64,000 nt of DNA, from assembly GCA_951406725.2 (NCBI GenBank), contig OX597825.1, positions 87,172,001-87,236,000 on the forward strand, given 5' to 3'. The notes beneath the pieces are model-generated. The model worked only from the letters and a program-made list of their open reading frames with translations. It did no database searches and was not told where the DNA came from. Source of the stretch: Octopus vulgaris. Its lineage: Eukaryota. Shown here piece by piece: positions 12,505 to 25,483 of the stretch (position 1 is its first letter; each line of letters opens with the position of its first letter). The translations under genes were made by a program, and so were the position numbers.

Positions 12505-12834
12505 ACATACCTGCACACATACACATACACATGAAATCTTTTTAACGTCCACTATTCCATACTTTCGAAAGGAATTCGTTGAGACACATTTTGTACGGTT
12601 TCATGCCTTTCCTGTCGCCAACCGTCACAAGTAATATTTGCTCAATGTTCGGAAAAGTTTTTCATGGAAAAGTAGCGATCGAAAATGGTTTGTGGCGATG
12701 GTTCATGAGAACCATCACGTGATACCAAGGCAAGTCTACGCATAAGCACACGCATCCATGTACATCTTTCTCTCTCTCTTTCTCGCTCTCACTCTCTCTC
12801 CCTCTCTCTGTCTTCCTGGCTATATGTATATATG

Positions 12835-12871
<37 letters not shown>

Positions 12872-12918
12872 GTGTCCTTATATGTCTATGTCCACACACA
12901 CACAAATATATATATCGA

Positions 12919-13135
12919 TTTCAAACTTAGGCACATGTCCAGCAATTTCGGTGGGGGTGGGGTGGGGGTACGTTGATTAAATTGACCCCCAGTATTGAAC
13001 TGGTACGTTTTTCCATCGACCCCGATAGGATGAAAGGTAATGTCGACCACAACAGAATCTGAACTCAGAGCGTAAGGTCCAACAAAATACCGCCAAGTAT
13101 CTTTCCCGGCGTGCTAGCGATTCAGATAGCTCGTA
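12919..13135 (-). mobile_element. tRNA-derived SINE (GGCGGCGAGCTGGCAGAA family, tail B), diverged
   Basis: Reverse complement matches 40174-40390 (...GAGTTCAGATTC...CCTTTCATCCTATCGGGGTCGAT...). Confidence 0.8.
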
Positions 13136-13364
13136 CCCCGCCCAACTAACACATATATAAATATTAAACTATGATTATTACTTCAAAACAAGGTACAAAT
13201 ATCAGCGGAGCATTCACTGCTGGGTTGATTCTATCCTCAATGTAGAATGGAAATTGTTGGAAAGATCAATTCGATTCAGACATCAGGTTTCGCTGCCACA
13301 GGGCGAAATGTGAAGACCTGGCGGACTTGATCTTTACAATACACGCACGCATGCTTACGCACAC

Positions 13365-13450
<86 letters not shown>

Positions 13451-13899
13451 ACCTGAACCAATTTCATCATTACAATTTATTCCTTCGAATATCGCCGTCT
13501 GTAATGAAGGACTATTATATATATGACAATTCTCAGAAGTTTTGAATGTGTGAGTATGAAATGCGTTGAGCTTTATGTTCAGAGTGGTGTAGCATATAGA
13601 CCTATCCAAACAAGGATATACGAAATATTGATATATTAAGAAATATTAAAAAACAGTTTCATAAATGAGAAAATTGATGTGTTTATAGTAATGTGTGATA
13701 AATATTTCGTTTTTGTAGAATCATAATTTTTACGTAACAAAATCATGTTTGTTTAGAATGGGGAATTAAGTCGCATTAACTCTTTCTATCTCTTTGGTTT
13801 GATAGAAGGATTGAAATAACTCAGCATCCGTAAACAATGCAAACTTTAAATGTTCAAATATAACAAAGCGAGCAAATATTTTGTTTGTTAGAAAAACGG

Positions 13900-14480
13900 T
13901 TGGTTTGAAAGAAACCTGAATTGTATCCCGTGCCTGTCTTTGATCTACAGAAGTCTGTTTGTGCCAAGATGTTTAGTGTTGTTGGCCTAAGTTATATAAC
14001 TTGGTTCTTATTTTAGACATAGCTCTCATGTGAGAAAAATGTTATTAGCTATTATCTGTGAGTTATCAATAATATTCAATCACTCGAACTGGTTTCATGA
14101 TTTAAAGAGAAAGAAAGAAAGAGAAAGACAGAGAGAAAGAGAGAGGGGAGAGACATTAGAAAACAGTATTTCAGAAGATTCCGGAATATAAAATCGTTTT
14201 CAATGATTATGTGGGTTGTAAAACATTAATTATTATTTTCTATCATAGATTTTATTTAAGATTTCAAATAAATGTGGGGGAAATATGTTTGTGTTTCTAC
14301 AGTAATTGCGTAACATGTATATGTGTTTATTAAAACGTGATTTGAATGAATTTGAAGTTAACCTAATGTGCGATTTAGAATCTGTGTTTTGGATAGAAAT
14401 GTAAACAATCTGTAGAAAGACGTCCACAGCCAATTAGATGTTCATTCGAATGAATGTAGTTTCAAGTTTGTGAACTTTGG
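13900..14480 (-). pseudogene. Penelope-type GIY-YIG endonuclease relic
   Basis: ORF 14233-14433 reads IVYISIQNTDSKSHIRLTSNSFKSRFNKH, resembling the GIY-YIG pattern IVY...YIGxTxxxFKxRFxxH. Confidence 0.6.
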
Positions 14481-14509
14481 CTTGTTGATTGTTCCTTGGA
14501 AAGACAGTT

Positions 14510-15130
14510 TGGTGTGGTCAGATGATAGGAACTAGAAAAACGTGTGAGATCTGATGATGGCAGTGTGCAGGGATTCCAGTAAAGGTGAGACGTAGTGGCT
14601 TTGTATATAAATTCACATTGTACTATCAGGTTGGCACTGGACGAAGGTAGAGGAATCCTCTTTTGTCAAGAGGATAGGGAAGCAGCAAATGTCTTAGACT
14701 GGATATAGCAGCGGTTTGCTTGAAAAAAAGCCAAATTGTGTGCAAGCAATAAATTCTTCGCAAGGTGTAAGATAAGAAATAGGAATACAGCTGTTTAGTG
14801 CAATCATCCCATTGAGTCCAAATAACGTAGCTATTCTCTGGTAGTTTTAATGCTTCTGGGCACCGTTGCAGGGAATGGCACTCACGTTGATTGTAATGGA
14901 ATCGGTGAAAAGTGGTGAAGGGAAAGTTTCGAAAACAAAGGACATTGTCACTCATACCTATGCGCATTTATGTGTGCAGGGCTTTGTGTGTTGATGAGAG
15001 TGCGTGCTTGAAAGGGCATAGTGCAGTCTTTTGGGTGTTAGCTCTTCTCAGGTCAGCGTCTTGTGTTGTTAATCCTGGGAGAGGGAGACTGTTGACCCTT
15101 TCAGTGGACAAGAACTTTTCCTCTCAGTGA
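14510..15130 (-). pseudogene. Degenerate TE coding relic with Helitron Rep/helicase-linker-like motifs
   Basis: Minus-strand TQWDDCTKQ...SYTLRR resembles Helitron DxxWxxCLxEA...xxLRxLF. RVNSLPLPG resembles RTVNGxxxxTF. Heavily decayed. Confidence 0.3.
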
Positions 15131-15394
15131 CCTAGATGTCATGGAAACCGGGACAATCTTCGGCCTAATAGGCACCGAGGCTCAAAACAGAATAACATTA
15201 TGTATACACGCTCACACATAAATACACCCACACACACACGCGTGAATGTAAATACGCTTTACATAAAAATGACTGCAATTAAGCATATGCCTGGATAAGT
15301 AATATGGGAAATATTGAGCAAGGCGTAGCTGGGCAACTCACACAGAGAAACAGTGTGGCCTAATGTGGATAGAAAACACAACACCTTCACATAT

Positions 15395-15625
15395 GATATT
15401 CTACACACTCAACTACATACACACAGTGCTGTGTTATTCTGTAGACACATCTACACACATTGTACTTCAATATTTTACATATTACCTAAACATTGAGTAG
15501 GAATATTTTCCTTAAACACGTGCACACATAGTCTTATCATGTTCTATATACCCATCTATACACACAGGTGTTGTAATGTTCTACGCGCACACCTACCACC
15601 TACACAAAGTGTTATGTTATTATTA
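15395..15625. repeat. Degenerate ~40-bp minisatellite
   Basis: Recurrent gtgttat(g)ttcta...cacatctacacacac units, about 4-5 copies. Confidence 0.5.
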
Positions 15626-16731
15626 TATGCAACATCATAAAATAAAAACTATTAAAAAGTCAACAGACATTACGGAATATAATTTATATTCACTATAACC
15701 AAATTTATAATATTTATATTACACCGTTCAATAATGTTTATGCTATCATATTCTTAATTATATCCAATTGGTTGCATAATAAACTAGATTATCCTTCCTA
15801 ACTCGTGATGTCGTAGATCGAATGGTTCGAGAAAATATTTTTGTATAAGGTGGTATTTCAAACGAAAATGCTGGAAGAAAATTTCTGCCATATTCCTGAT
15901 AACTGTAAAAGTAGGTAAATGATTGAAAAGCCGGGTAATGTATTCTCTATTATCTCGGTTTCCTCAGTAGAAAGGAAATAAACTCTAAATCTCGCCATAG
16001 GAAGTAACCTGTGCTAGATTATAATCCAGGGAAGGAAAAATTGAGGCCAAGGAAAATCTCAAATTTTGCAGAAGGATTAATCACAATTATCATTTATATG
16101 TGGAAATGTGGCCAACAGCAAGCGTTACATATTTTGGCATTGATGAATAAGTTTCTAGTGTAAATTACATTACACTCACCTGAGTATACTTGACTTTGCA
16201 GTTTTTGCTGCCAATGAAGAATAGTGCCAGATTGCCAGAGGCTGCTATCGAAGTAAAACAGTGACGACATATGCTGATAAAATCCGGATTACTTTTAAAA
16301 ATTCACGTTTCTTTTCTTTAATCTCCGGTCCAACTTCTGGTTGGGGAATTAAGCTGAATTTTGATGCCAAACTTTCGGAATCGAGCCAATATATATGCCT
16401 TATTCCTTCTTTTTCATCTTATCTATTTAAATAACAGAGAAAACTCGAGTTAATATTTTATAGCTTTTCAGTTATTGTTGCAGAATCAAAAATGGAAAAA
16501 TGCAAATTGGAGTTAAAGATTATAGAGACACGGTGCCTTAATAAGCTATGATATTACATCATGTCATAATAAATAAAGCTTCGAAGGATTACGGCATGAG
16601 AGAGAGAGCTACACAGCCTACTGAGGTGTTAATGGGTGTCATTTAAGCTAATTAAGTTATTGGATTATACACACACTACATATATCCACATATGCATGTA
16701 TGCAAATATATATATAAAATGTATGCATGTA

Positions 16732-16774
<43 letters not shown>

Positions 16775-16829
16775 TGCATGTATGTATGCATGTATGCACA
16801 TAAACACGCACACGCACACACACACACAT

Positions 16830-16859
<30 letters not shown>

Positions 16860-16861
<2 letters not shown>

Positions 16862-17015
16862 GAGTTACGACATCACTGGTGCCAAGTTGTATCGGACAGA
16901 ATATCGACAGAATAAGTACTAGTATTACAATGAATATATGTCCTCGGGGCGATTTGCTCGACTAAAGGCGGGCTCCAGCATGGGCACAGTCAAATGACTG
17001 AAACAATTTAAAGAT
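16860..17015 (+). mobile_element. SINE 3' tail (OK-like family)
   Basis: ...cagaataagtact...gcgatttgctcgactaaaggcgggctccagcatgggcacagtcaaatgactgaaacaa is homologous to 3010-3140 (minus). Confidence 0.7.
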
Positions 17016-17077
17016 TAATATATATATGTATTGGGATGGCTATATGTCGCTTCATCCATTTCTTTATTATCATACAT

Positions 17078-17109
<32 letters not shown>

Positions 17110-18417
17110 GAATGTGTATATAAGCATAATCGTATATATGGGAGAGTGTATATATATAAGTTATGATCATGCATATATCTATTATCCCTTGAAGCTACAT
17201 TATACACCCATAGTGTATTTAAGATGTCTGTATATTCTAATCGCGATAAGGAAAGAGCTTATTTATATTGTTATATTATATACGATTACGCATATACACG
17301 CATGTATGTATGCATGTGCGTATGTAGGTATGTTGTCGATCAATACATGCTATGTCACGTGGCTACCAGAATTACCGATCTCATTAACATTTTAATGGAA
17401 AAGAGAATTAAGACAATATTTATATCAATATATAAATAAGTATCGAAATATCAATTATATCTTATTTGCAATTCACAATGTAAATTAATTGTAAATATGT
17501 ACTTCTAATATCTACTCACATATTTAGAAGCGTATGTAATTTATATGTATATAAATATATCTAATAAGCTAATAGTTGTATACACCCGTCTGTATGTACG
17601 TAACATATACATACATACGGGTAAACATGTGGTAGTGTATTTCCATACAGATGTATATGTATACATCGTATGTTATATTTAATCTCGAGACGTTTATCTT
17701 GAATTTCATGCACAGTAAATTAATTCGCATTAATTGGGTATGTGATCAACTTAAATTGATTCAATTTTAGCGTGGTGGTGCGTGCAATTAACTAAAATAT
17801 ATTCATTAATCCACACCCATGCAATGGAAATGAAGACAGCAGAGAAGCGTAACGCAACACTCGCTAAATTTACAGTGCTCCTGCTGTTGTTGTTTAAGGG
17901 GTACGTCGTTGCGATGAAGCTGCAAGATGATGATGATGCACTCTGCTCTAAGTGCACTGATGCAAAGACATCCCTATAATGAAGAATTTGATTTACTTAA
18001 TTCCTGATCCCTTGTTATTCAGTTCAAACATACACACACATAAATACACACACGCATAAACACGCACGCACACGCATTCATACACGCACAAACTCACACA
18101 TATACACACGCATGCCCCCATACACCCCCACACCTCACCCACTCACGTATGCACACACACACACACACAAACACAAATACACACATACATACGCCCACAC
18201 ACGGCAGAACATGCACATGCGTAGGTTCGCGATCGAACGGAAATTACAGATACAAAATAAGGATGGTTCTAGGAATGGCGTTTATATAAAAGAACACAAA
18301 AGGTTCCTAACAGCTGTTCCAGAGGCATTTGTTTATTGATGAATAGATCGATCACGTCGATACAGAAATGCTACTAATAACAGTTGTTGCGAGCCTTTAA
18401 AATCCATTTTCGTTCCT

Positions 18418-18475
<58 letters not shown>

Positions 18476-18478
18476 TAT

Positions 18479-18707
18479 ATTTCTTTATTGCCCACAGGGG
18501 CTAAACATAGAGGGGACAAACAAGGACAGACAAAGAGATTAAGTCGATTACATCGACCCTAGTGCGTACCTGCTACTTATGTAATGGACCCCGAAAAGAT
18601 GAAAGGCAAAGTGTACCTCGGCGAAATTTGAACTCGGAACGTAGCGGCAGACGAAATATCGCTAAGCATTTCACCCGGTGTGCTAACGATTCTGCCAGCT
18701 CATCGCC
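18479..18707 (-). mobile_element. tRNA-derived SINE (GGCGGCGAGCTGGCAGAA family, tail A)
   Basis: Reverse complement matches 29257-29478 and 38149-38369, and ends AGCCCCTGTGGGCAATAAAGAAA. Confidence 0.9.
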
Positions 18708-18723
18708 TTAAAATATATATTTT

Positions 18724-19039
18724 TTATGTTTTCATGCGCCTTTTTCAAGCCGAACCAGTCTCATGGGCCCGCTTTCCCGGTTTCTATGGCGTATGTGTTC
18801 CCCCAGCTGGACAGGACGCCAGTCCATCGCAGCGCTACACAAGAAAGAGAGGAAGAAAGAGTGAGAGAAAGTTGGGCGAAAGAGTACAACAGGGGTCACC
18901 ACCACCCCGTACCGGGGCATCGTGGAGCTTTAGGTGTTTTCGCTCAATAAACGCGCACAACACCCGGTCTGGGAATGGAAACCGCGATGCGATCCTCCGA
19001 CAGTGAGTACGCTGCTCTAAGCACTGGGCCATTGCGCCT

Positions 19040-19041
<2 letters not shown>
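18724..19041 (-). mobile_element. tRNA-derived SINE (GGAGGCGCAATGGCCCAGTG head, OR-like), tail type 1
   Basis: A/B-box-like head and ...AACACCTAAAGCTCCACGA body are shared with 41974 and 46860. Confidence 0.85.
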
Positions 19042-19123
<82 letters not shown>

Positions 19124-19150
19124 ATGTAAATATATAAACACACACACACA

Positions 19151-19193
<43 letters not shown>

Positions 19194-19228
19194 TATTAAA
19201 TCTCAGAATGAGATACATACGTATATAC

Positions 19229-19725
19229 CATTGGTTTCATGTTATGAAAGACATCTTAATAGTTTAACAACATTTTCAAGTCAAACTCACGGAGGAATGG
19301 CGTTCGTCTTCCATTTTCGACGAAATCATGAAAAGTATTGGCAATTCACAGACATACAAAAACAATAAACTCGTAAAGAAAAGAAATCAAGTGGCGTTAC
19401 TCTTAGATGAGACCTATTAGTAACTTTTGGGAAAAACACCGTGTTAGATTGTGAACTTGTTTACATTATATATTATATTCTGCGTTTAGCTGGTGTTCGC
19501 ATGTTTATGTGCTGAGGGAGTCCATCTAGTGGAGTGTTTCTTATAACGTGTCGTCGAAGAGTAGCGCCCCTTGATTTTTGATTTTTTTTTACGATACTTT
19601 TGTGAATTACCGAGACTTTTCCCTAGATTTTTCATGATTTTATCCAAAATGATTTTATCTCGCCATATCCTTGACTTGAAAAATTGTTAAGATATTTATA
19701 TGTTTTTCTGAAAATGAAACCAATG
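19229..19725. mobile_element. Old MITE-like element with ~175-bp degenerate terminal inverted repeats
   Basis: Nested inverted pairs: CATTGGTTTCAT/ATGAAACCAATG, TTTTCAAGTCAA/TTGACTTGAAAA, AAATCATGAAAA/TTTTCATGATTT, AAATCAAGTGGCGTTACTCTT/AAGAGTAGCGCCCCTTGATTT. Confidence 0.75.
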
Positions 19726-19921
19726 ATTACCTTCATACACAAATAAAGAAATTTTATCCCTTAATGCGGTGTTGAGTATTTCTTCTTACGTATATGTATG
19801 TATGTAAGTAAGTACGTCAGTGTGTGTGTATATTTGTGTGTGAATATATGTGTATGTGTGTGTGTGTTTGTGCTTGTGTGTGTATAAACAACAAAAAGCA
19901 ACCATGGATGCACACGTACAC

Positions 19922-19957
<36 letters not shown>

Positions 19958-20556
19958 ATACACACACACACACATATATACATATACACATACATGTGTG
20001 TGTGTGTGTGAGAGAGAGAGAGAGTGTGATAACCAAAATGAGAAAATAAAAGCGAGAAATACGAGATCAAAGAACTATAAAATTCTTTACCTCTCACATA
20101 TCTGCTTTTTTTTTGTTCTGTTTTTGCTAATTCTATACTCCAAGCTGGAAACTTTGTGGTTATCCTTGTTTATCTGTTGTAACGTCATGTTAAATTGCAT
20201 CGTAATTTAATTAGTGTGTGACTTGATAGCCGGTTTCTCAGCTGGAGTGCTTATGTGAGTTCAATGTTTAGCTGCCAAAACGTTGCTTTATCGACGCAGC
20301 CAATCGTTAATGTTGTGTGAAGAATTAATCATGAAATCAACTTTAACTGAAACAACAGCTTTTTAAAAAACAAATTTAATTAAGAGAGTCGTTCGGTGTT
20401 TTAAGTGTGGCCATTATGGCAAGGTGAACTTGTTCTCAGCTGACGGCCAACCTATTTAGTGATAAACGTTTCCTTGTTCCAGTTGACACAAGCGTTCTCA
20501 AACTGACGTCAGTATCCGCATCCGTCCGTTTTTCTGCCGTTAACAGAGCTATTTAG

Positions 20557-20613
<57 letters not shown>

Positions 20614-22166
20614 CATACGTACGTACATACACACATACGTACATACATACATACATACATACATTCATACATACATATGTATATATACTGATTCCCGCAT
20701 TTTAAAACTAGGACTCCCGAACAGAGAGAGAAGGAACGAAAGACCTAACGTATAAGTGAGGGGAAAGCAATACACATCGAAGCAATCAACTGTTCCCAAC
20801 TTCCGTTGAATCAGACATTGGGATTACTAAGTAGGTTACGTAAGTGAAGTTTATGCAGAATGATTCTAATGACGAATGGGTGGATAGGAAGAATTGCACG
20901 TGATCAATTGAGTCATCAGTCAACTGTAAAGATTGTCATCACGTGGAGCATCACAGCAGAACATCGGCGAAGCCAGGGACAAATGTACCCGGAGAGCATG
21001 GCTGGGCATAATCAAGTTTGCATGAAAACCTCGTGGTTCCGGTTTTGATAAATTCACTGCGTTGCACTATATATAAGTGGTTTCAATTGTGTTACTCCCG
21101 GTTATTCGATGGTTTCCTGCTGTTGTTTTATTCTTATCGCCTTTTTCAACCCACCCTTCAGACTAATTATCCACCCCAAGTAACCGTTGACATCAGAAGT
21201 TATTCAATAGGAGCAACTCAAAAGATTAACCATAGCTGACTCAGAAAGACATTATTGAAACAATAACAAAAACTGATTTGTTAAGAATTACACATTTTAC
21301 AGCCGAAAACACCCAATTGTTCAAATCCAAGTTCGTTAAGTAAGAATTCAATAAACACGGAGCGACCCAGAAAACAATGTTATTACAGATGCATAAATAC
21401 ATACACTACACTCTGTCACTCACTCACGTATTGCCGCATTCTTAATGAGAAAACACGTATTACAAGAGATGTTCTTGTTAAGGAGTGCGATTAGACTGCT
21501 AATTAAAACTGAAAAGGGGAAAAACAGAGTCATGTGTCCTGGCTTGCAAAAGGTGCCTGAAGAAACATTGCCATGGACAGCATTCATCTATTGATGTATT
21601 AGGTAATAATTGATAGGAAAATTGAAGTGATATACATACGACCCAACCAGTGAGTGTGTTGCGATTGGCAACGAGATGCTCCCAAAAGTACAACTCACAC
21701 AAACACACACACACAAACGCACGCACGCGCACACACACACACACACACACACATATAAATAGAAAGACAGATATATAATAGATAGACGTACATATTTATC
21801 TGTATAAATCCAAAACTTTGATCTTAATCAAAAAGGCTGAGCGTGTACTTATCCTTCTGGATAATACCCTCTACATTAATTTGCCATATAATTCGATTTG
21901 GTATATGAAGAGGACAACAAGAACAACAAAAGAATCACTGAACAAATTACTGAGATCGATATAATCAATACAATTAATGTAAATGGCTAAAACTCCCTTG
22001 AAGGAGCCTGCCCTTAGACGGGAAGGAAACGCTTCGAAGTAACAAATCTCCATTATTGTATTGTCTATCGTTCGATTTCATGCAGCAGTGAGCTGTGACT
22101 TTACACGTTTATTATTTATATTGAAGTGAGAATTAGATAACATTGTGGTTAATTATCTTTACACGA

Positions 22167-22203
<37 letters not shown>

Positions 22204-22518
22204 TATATAGCGGGAGTCGGTTGTCATAAATCGCTTCGATAATTACTTTGCCGATAGTTCCTCATTCTGCCTCTTCGTAATTCTTAGATTAATTATTGTG
22301 TACGTATTGAAGACAGCTGAACTGAAATCCCTTGTAAATTTTGGATTCAAAGTCTTTAACGGAGCGTGTGATTATCTAAGATTTTGTGACAATGTACAAT
22401 ATAAACTTGACAAGTCATAAACATGGAAATTCCCATAAAATATATCATTCTCTACAATTCATTTAACAGCATTTTCACAAATCATTTCTGCTATGAAATT
22501 TCAAATCTTGATATATCA

Positions 22519-22519
22519 T

Positions 22520-22569
<50 letters not shown>

Positions 22570-22574
22570 GTACC

Positions 22575-22630
<56 letters not shown>

Positions 22631-22642
22631 CAAACCACCACC

Positions 22643-22722
<80 letters not shown>
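22519..22722. repeat. Compound (CTA)n/(CCA)n microsatellite
   Basis: Directly visible trinucleotide array. Confidence 0.95.
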
Positions 22723-22983
22723 ACAATAATAATGACAATAAAAATATTTATAAAACGAGCATTAATATTATTAATAATATCTATAATTCTACCCAGTAAA
22801 GAATACAATTTGAACCATCAATTCTCTCGATTATACTGATGAAACGGTAAGCATTAGTTTCTTTCTTGTGAAGTACGCATACATATATACATGCGTATAT
22901 CCATATATACATACATGAATAAATGCATATAGACATATGGTCATAAAGACATACATACATATCTATATCTATATATCTATATA

Positions 22984-23125
<142 letters not shown>

Positions 23126-23189
23126 CGCCCACGCAAACACACACACGCAAACACACACACATATTTACATAGACACGCATTTACACATC

Positions 23190-23291
23190 TAATTTAGTCA
23201 GCTGAAACCAATGCTGGCGGCTACTAGCGGCTTCTCTTTCATCTCAGAAATTTTCAGTAGTCGCCAACTTTGGTTTCAGTCGACCAAATTA
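23190..23291. repeat. ~100-bp hairpin (35-bp arms)
   Basis: AATTTAGTCAGCTGAAACCAATGCTGGCGGCTACT versus AGTAGTCGCCAACTTTGGTTTCAGTCGACCAAATT. Confidence 0.8.
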
Positions 23292-23839
23292 AATTTATGC
23301 TCTACATTATGATATTTTGTACTGTTATATTAGTTCGTCACTAGTATTATTGTACGTATACCAGCATATAAACATATACATAGATACATAGACAGAGGCC
23401 TGTACGCACACACAAACACATCAAAAATAACCCTACTGTGAGGTTATTAACGCTGAATTTTGTTCATATTGTCGAAATAGTAATATTAAACAACACAATA
23501 CATTCATTGATTTGTATGAAAACAAATGATGAATAGATAACATAGGAATTTGGATGGCTTCGCATTTTAAATTTTGCAATTAATACTCTACCATCATTAT
23601 ATTATTGAAAATTAAAATTGAAGAAAATACAAGTTTAATAAGACAGGAGTGTGATCTACAATAAATGGTTTCAATTCTTAGCTGTTGCTATAAAATAATT
23701 GGTCATCTGAGGCTTACTGCTTGAAATAAAAGGTTAAAGAGTTGATAAGAATTGTTCGTAAAAGATTTATTTCATTCTATAAAAATTGCAGTTGAAATCA
23801 CTGCAGAACGAAATAGTGTAAAATGGTAAATTACAGAAA

Positions 23840-23877
<38 letters not shown>

Positions 23878-24110
23878 CAAACATACATACATGCTTACAC
23901 CCACACTCACACATAGACACACTCGCACACACTCTCACACATAGACACACACACATGTATATATAAATATATATACATATACACACACACTTATATGTAT
24001 ATGTGAATGTGTGTGTGTGTATATATTTAGATTCAGATGAATATGGTACTTAAGTCAAAGGCACCAGATTTTGGAATTGATATTATCCATATAAATCAAA
24101 TGGGGTGATT

Positions 24111-24370
24111 ATAATCAAAATGAGCAACAAGGATATCCAAGGTAGTGTAGTACAATCGTTTCATGCTACTTCATTTTATTAACCACTGTAAGTATTAAAC
24201 ACTGTAAGTATAAAAATGTGCATTGTCCATTTAATTAAAACATTCTATATGTGGCTGAAGATTGCTCGACATTTTAAAACTGATGTAATACTTAGTGTTT
24301 AATAAAATGAAGTAGCACGAAACGATTGTACTACACTACCTTGGATATCCCTGTTGATTATTTTGATTAT
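24111..24370. mobile_element. Inverted pLTR-like pair (70-80-bp arms) with a plus-strand hammerhead core; element probably starts near 24025
   Basis: 24111-24180 is the near-perfect reverse complement of 24301-24370. Confidence 0.8.
24249..24336 (+). ncRNA. Type I hammerhead-ribozyme-like motif, best preserved in the window
   Basis: tgtgg-CTGAAGA (24255-24261)-ttgct...agcac-GAAA (24319-24322)-CGATT-GTA (24328-24330)-ctaca. Stem I is tgtgg/ctaca. Confidence 0.65.
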
Positions 24371-24968
24371 ATATATTCTTTTAATCTTTTACTATTTTAA
24401 TGGTTTTAGTCATAGGGCTGCGACCGTACTGGAGCACAGCTTTGGTTTATTTTTTATCGGTTTTGCAGTCACTATGGCCGAATGTTGGTCTATGGGTTTG
24501 TAGCGGCTATTGGTTACTTTGCGTTGACAGTTGAATAGTTGAGGACTTCTGACTACCAGATTCGTAATACTGAGAGTTTTTCTCCCAGCTAAAACTCACA
24601 AGGCTGTTTCAATATTTGATATAGTAAGCTCTCGACTATCGTGGGTATTAGGGTCCAAACACTCCCAGCGGCGATAGGTGAAAATCCGCGAAGTAGAAAC
24701 AGTCCTGCACTATGTATTTCTTTTCTTTTCTTATTTTTATAAATGATTTATTTTATTATCAATGCAAAACAACCCCACGGCGGAATCGACGTAAGCTTAA
24801 ATAATAAACTGCAACAGGTGAACCACGATGTGGCGAGGGATTACAGGAGCTCCTTTTTGGGGGGTTTAAAATTCAATACAAAAACATCATATATATATAT
24901 ATATATATATATGGTGTGTTTGTGTGTGTATGTATGTATGCTTGCATGCATGTATGCATGTATGTATG

Positions 24969-25000
<32 letters not shown>

Positions 25001-25159
25001 TGTATGTATATATGTATGTATGTATGCATTCATGCATGCATGCATGTATGTATGTATGAATGTAAATATGTATGTATGAATACACACACACACTCAATAA
25101 ATGGACGCTAAGTGTAAAAAATCTCATTTCGATAAAATACAAAAATGAAAGCTATTTTG

Positions 25160-25375
25160 TGAATTTTAAAACCCCACCCCCTCGCTAGCCACTCAACCTT
25201 CTTCTGTTTTCTCTCCCTGTTTATTTCCTCATGTTCCTTTCTGCCGAAGAGCTCAGCTTCCAAACGTATAAGACTTTTTTTTTTACTTCCCGAACGTTAA
25301 ACTAATACATCTGTTTGTTGATTACACAGCAGTCTTCGTCTTTTTATTTTTTTTTGTAAATTTTCACTATATATA
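25160..25375 (+). mobile_element. Short hammerhead-like repeat, same family as 2040-2250
   Basis: cttt-CTGCCGA-a-gagctcagcttc-CAAA-CGTA-taag (25237-25272) plus the shared downstream body ending at TA-rich repeat. Confidence 0.55.
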
Positions 25376-25387
25376 AGTATGTATGCA

Positions 25388-25483
<96 letters not shown>

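Noticed and set aside
15395-15625. Spaced repeats superficially like a CRISPR array
   Set aside because: Eukaryotic context, degenerate CA-rich units, no constant repeat/unique spacer structure and no cas genes.
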